64,000 bases of DNA from Gordius albopunctatus. Taxonomy: Eukaryota. The DNA is taken from NCBI GenBank assembly GCA_964276515.1, contig OZ193910.1, positions 6,572,001 through 6,636,000 on the forward strand. The letters run 5' to 3'. Positions 63,656 to 64,000 of this stretch are shown here, piece after piece. The position numbers and the translations under genes are program-made. The notes beneath the pieces are model-generated. The model did no database searches. It saw nothing but the letters and a program-made list of their open reading frames with translations, and was not told where the DNA came from. Each line of letters opens with the position of its first letter. Positions within the stretch are counted from its first letter, which is position 1.

Positions 63656-64000
63656 TTTTAAATATTTTTTTGAATCCAGTTACGATCAGGGGCGATCCTT
63701 AGCACACAGCGGACGCCGTAGGAATACATTTGTGAATTAATTTTTAATTCTAGGCGCCATTATATAGGAGATTTAGGGATTTTAGAGTATTTTGCGTCGG
63801 GCAGAATGCTAGGTGTCCGTCTTCAACGGAATTGGCGTAGTGGCGTCTGAAAGGGAGTAAGTAAATCTGGAACGCGATAATGAAACTGTTTCGAGCTGTA
63901 TAATTACTACCAACAATCAAAAAGTTAAATATTTTACGTATTGCGTCATCGATTACGACAAAATACACAAATTTCGATGCTCTCGCGTCAATTTTAAGTG

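Larger units (their letters stand above)
2356..64000 (+). repeat. 5S rDNA tandem array, 115 head-to-tail units of about 537-538 bp (range about 475-548), running off the window end
   Basis: 5S gene start recurs every 533-548 bp (about 475-480 bp after truncated copies); spacer nearly identical between units. Confidence 0.99.

Noticed and set aside
571..63968. Repeated 64-145 aa ORFs (MYFVVIDDA...) in the ORF track
   Set aside because: They lie antisense in the 5S spacer and the MYFVV frames start at GTG rather than ATG. Frameshifts or stops break them in roughly half the units, their length changes with a 10-bp duplication, and they resemble no protein family I recognise
2356..64000. CRISPR-like or programmable repeat-spacer system
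   Set aside because: The intervening sequences are near-identical copies rather than unique spacers, the unit is about 538 bp, and no cas or other gene is present
1..64000. 5S-targeting retrotransposon or other mobile-element insertion
   Set aside because: Every unit interval is about 475-548 bp and is explained by small indels; no foreign sequence, long ORF, terminal repeat or target-site duplication was seen

Overview
The whole 64-kb window is a eukaryotic 5S rDNA tandem array with no credible protein-coding gene. The repeat unit is about 537-538 bp: a 119-120 nt 5S rRNA gene (GGTTACGACCATATCACGTTGAAAACACCGGTTCCCTTCCGAACACCGAAGTTAAGCAACGTTGAGCCCGGTTAGTACTTGGATGGGTGACCGCTTGGGAATCCCGGGTGTTGTAACCT) plus an AT-rich spacer of about 418 bp. 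The sequence looks invertebrate-type, but I cannot fix the taxon. I count 119 5S-derived copies by eye. Four are on the minus strand left of a 200-N scaffold gap (2156-2355) and all four are defective or variant; 115 are on the plus strand right of it, about 47 of them matching the majority sequence. Each unit has Pol III type-1 features: a TATA-like box at -31..-25, GC at -13, C at -1, internal box A/IE/box C, and a T5 plus T7 terminator. The array is not homogeneous. It has four haplotype domains (about 2.4-22.3 kb, 22.3-35.2 kb, 35.2-51.4 kb and 51.4-64 kb), higher-order repeats of 4-16 units, and a 16-kb island in which 30 of 31 copies are mutated or 3'-truncated. All ORFs in the supplied track are spacer by-products. 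I found no convincing new biological system. The most interesting signals are the unusual loop C of the majority 5S, a deletion pseudogene that may preserve the ancestral base, the amplified half-length 5S copies, and the orientation flip at the gap. Variant numbering below is 5S nucleotide position, read by eye.
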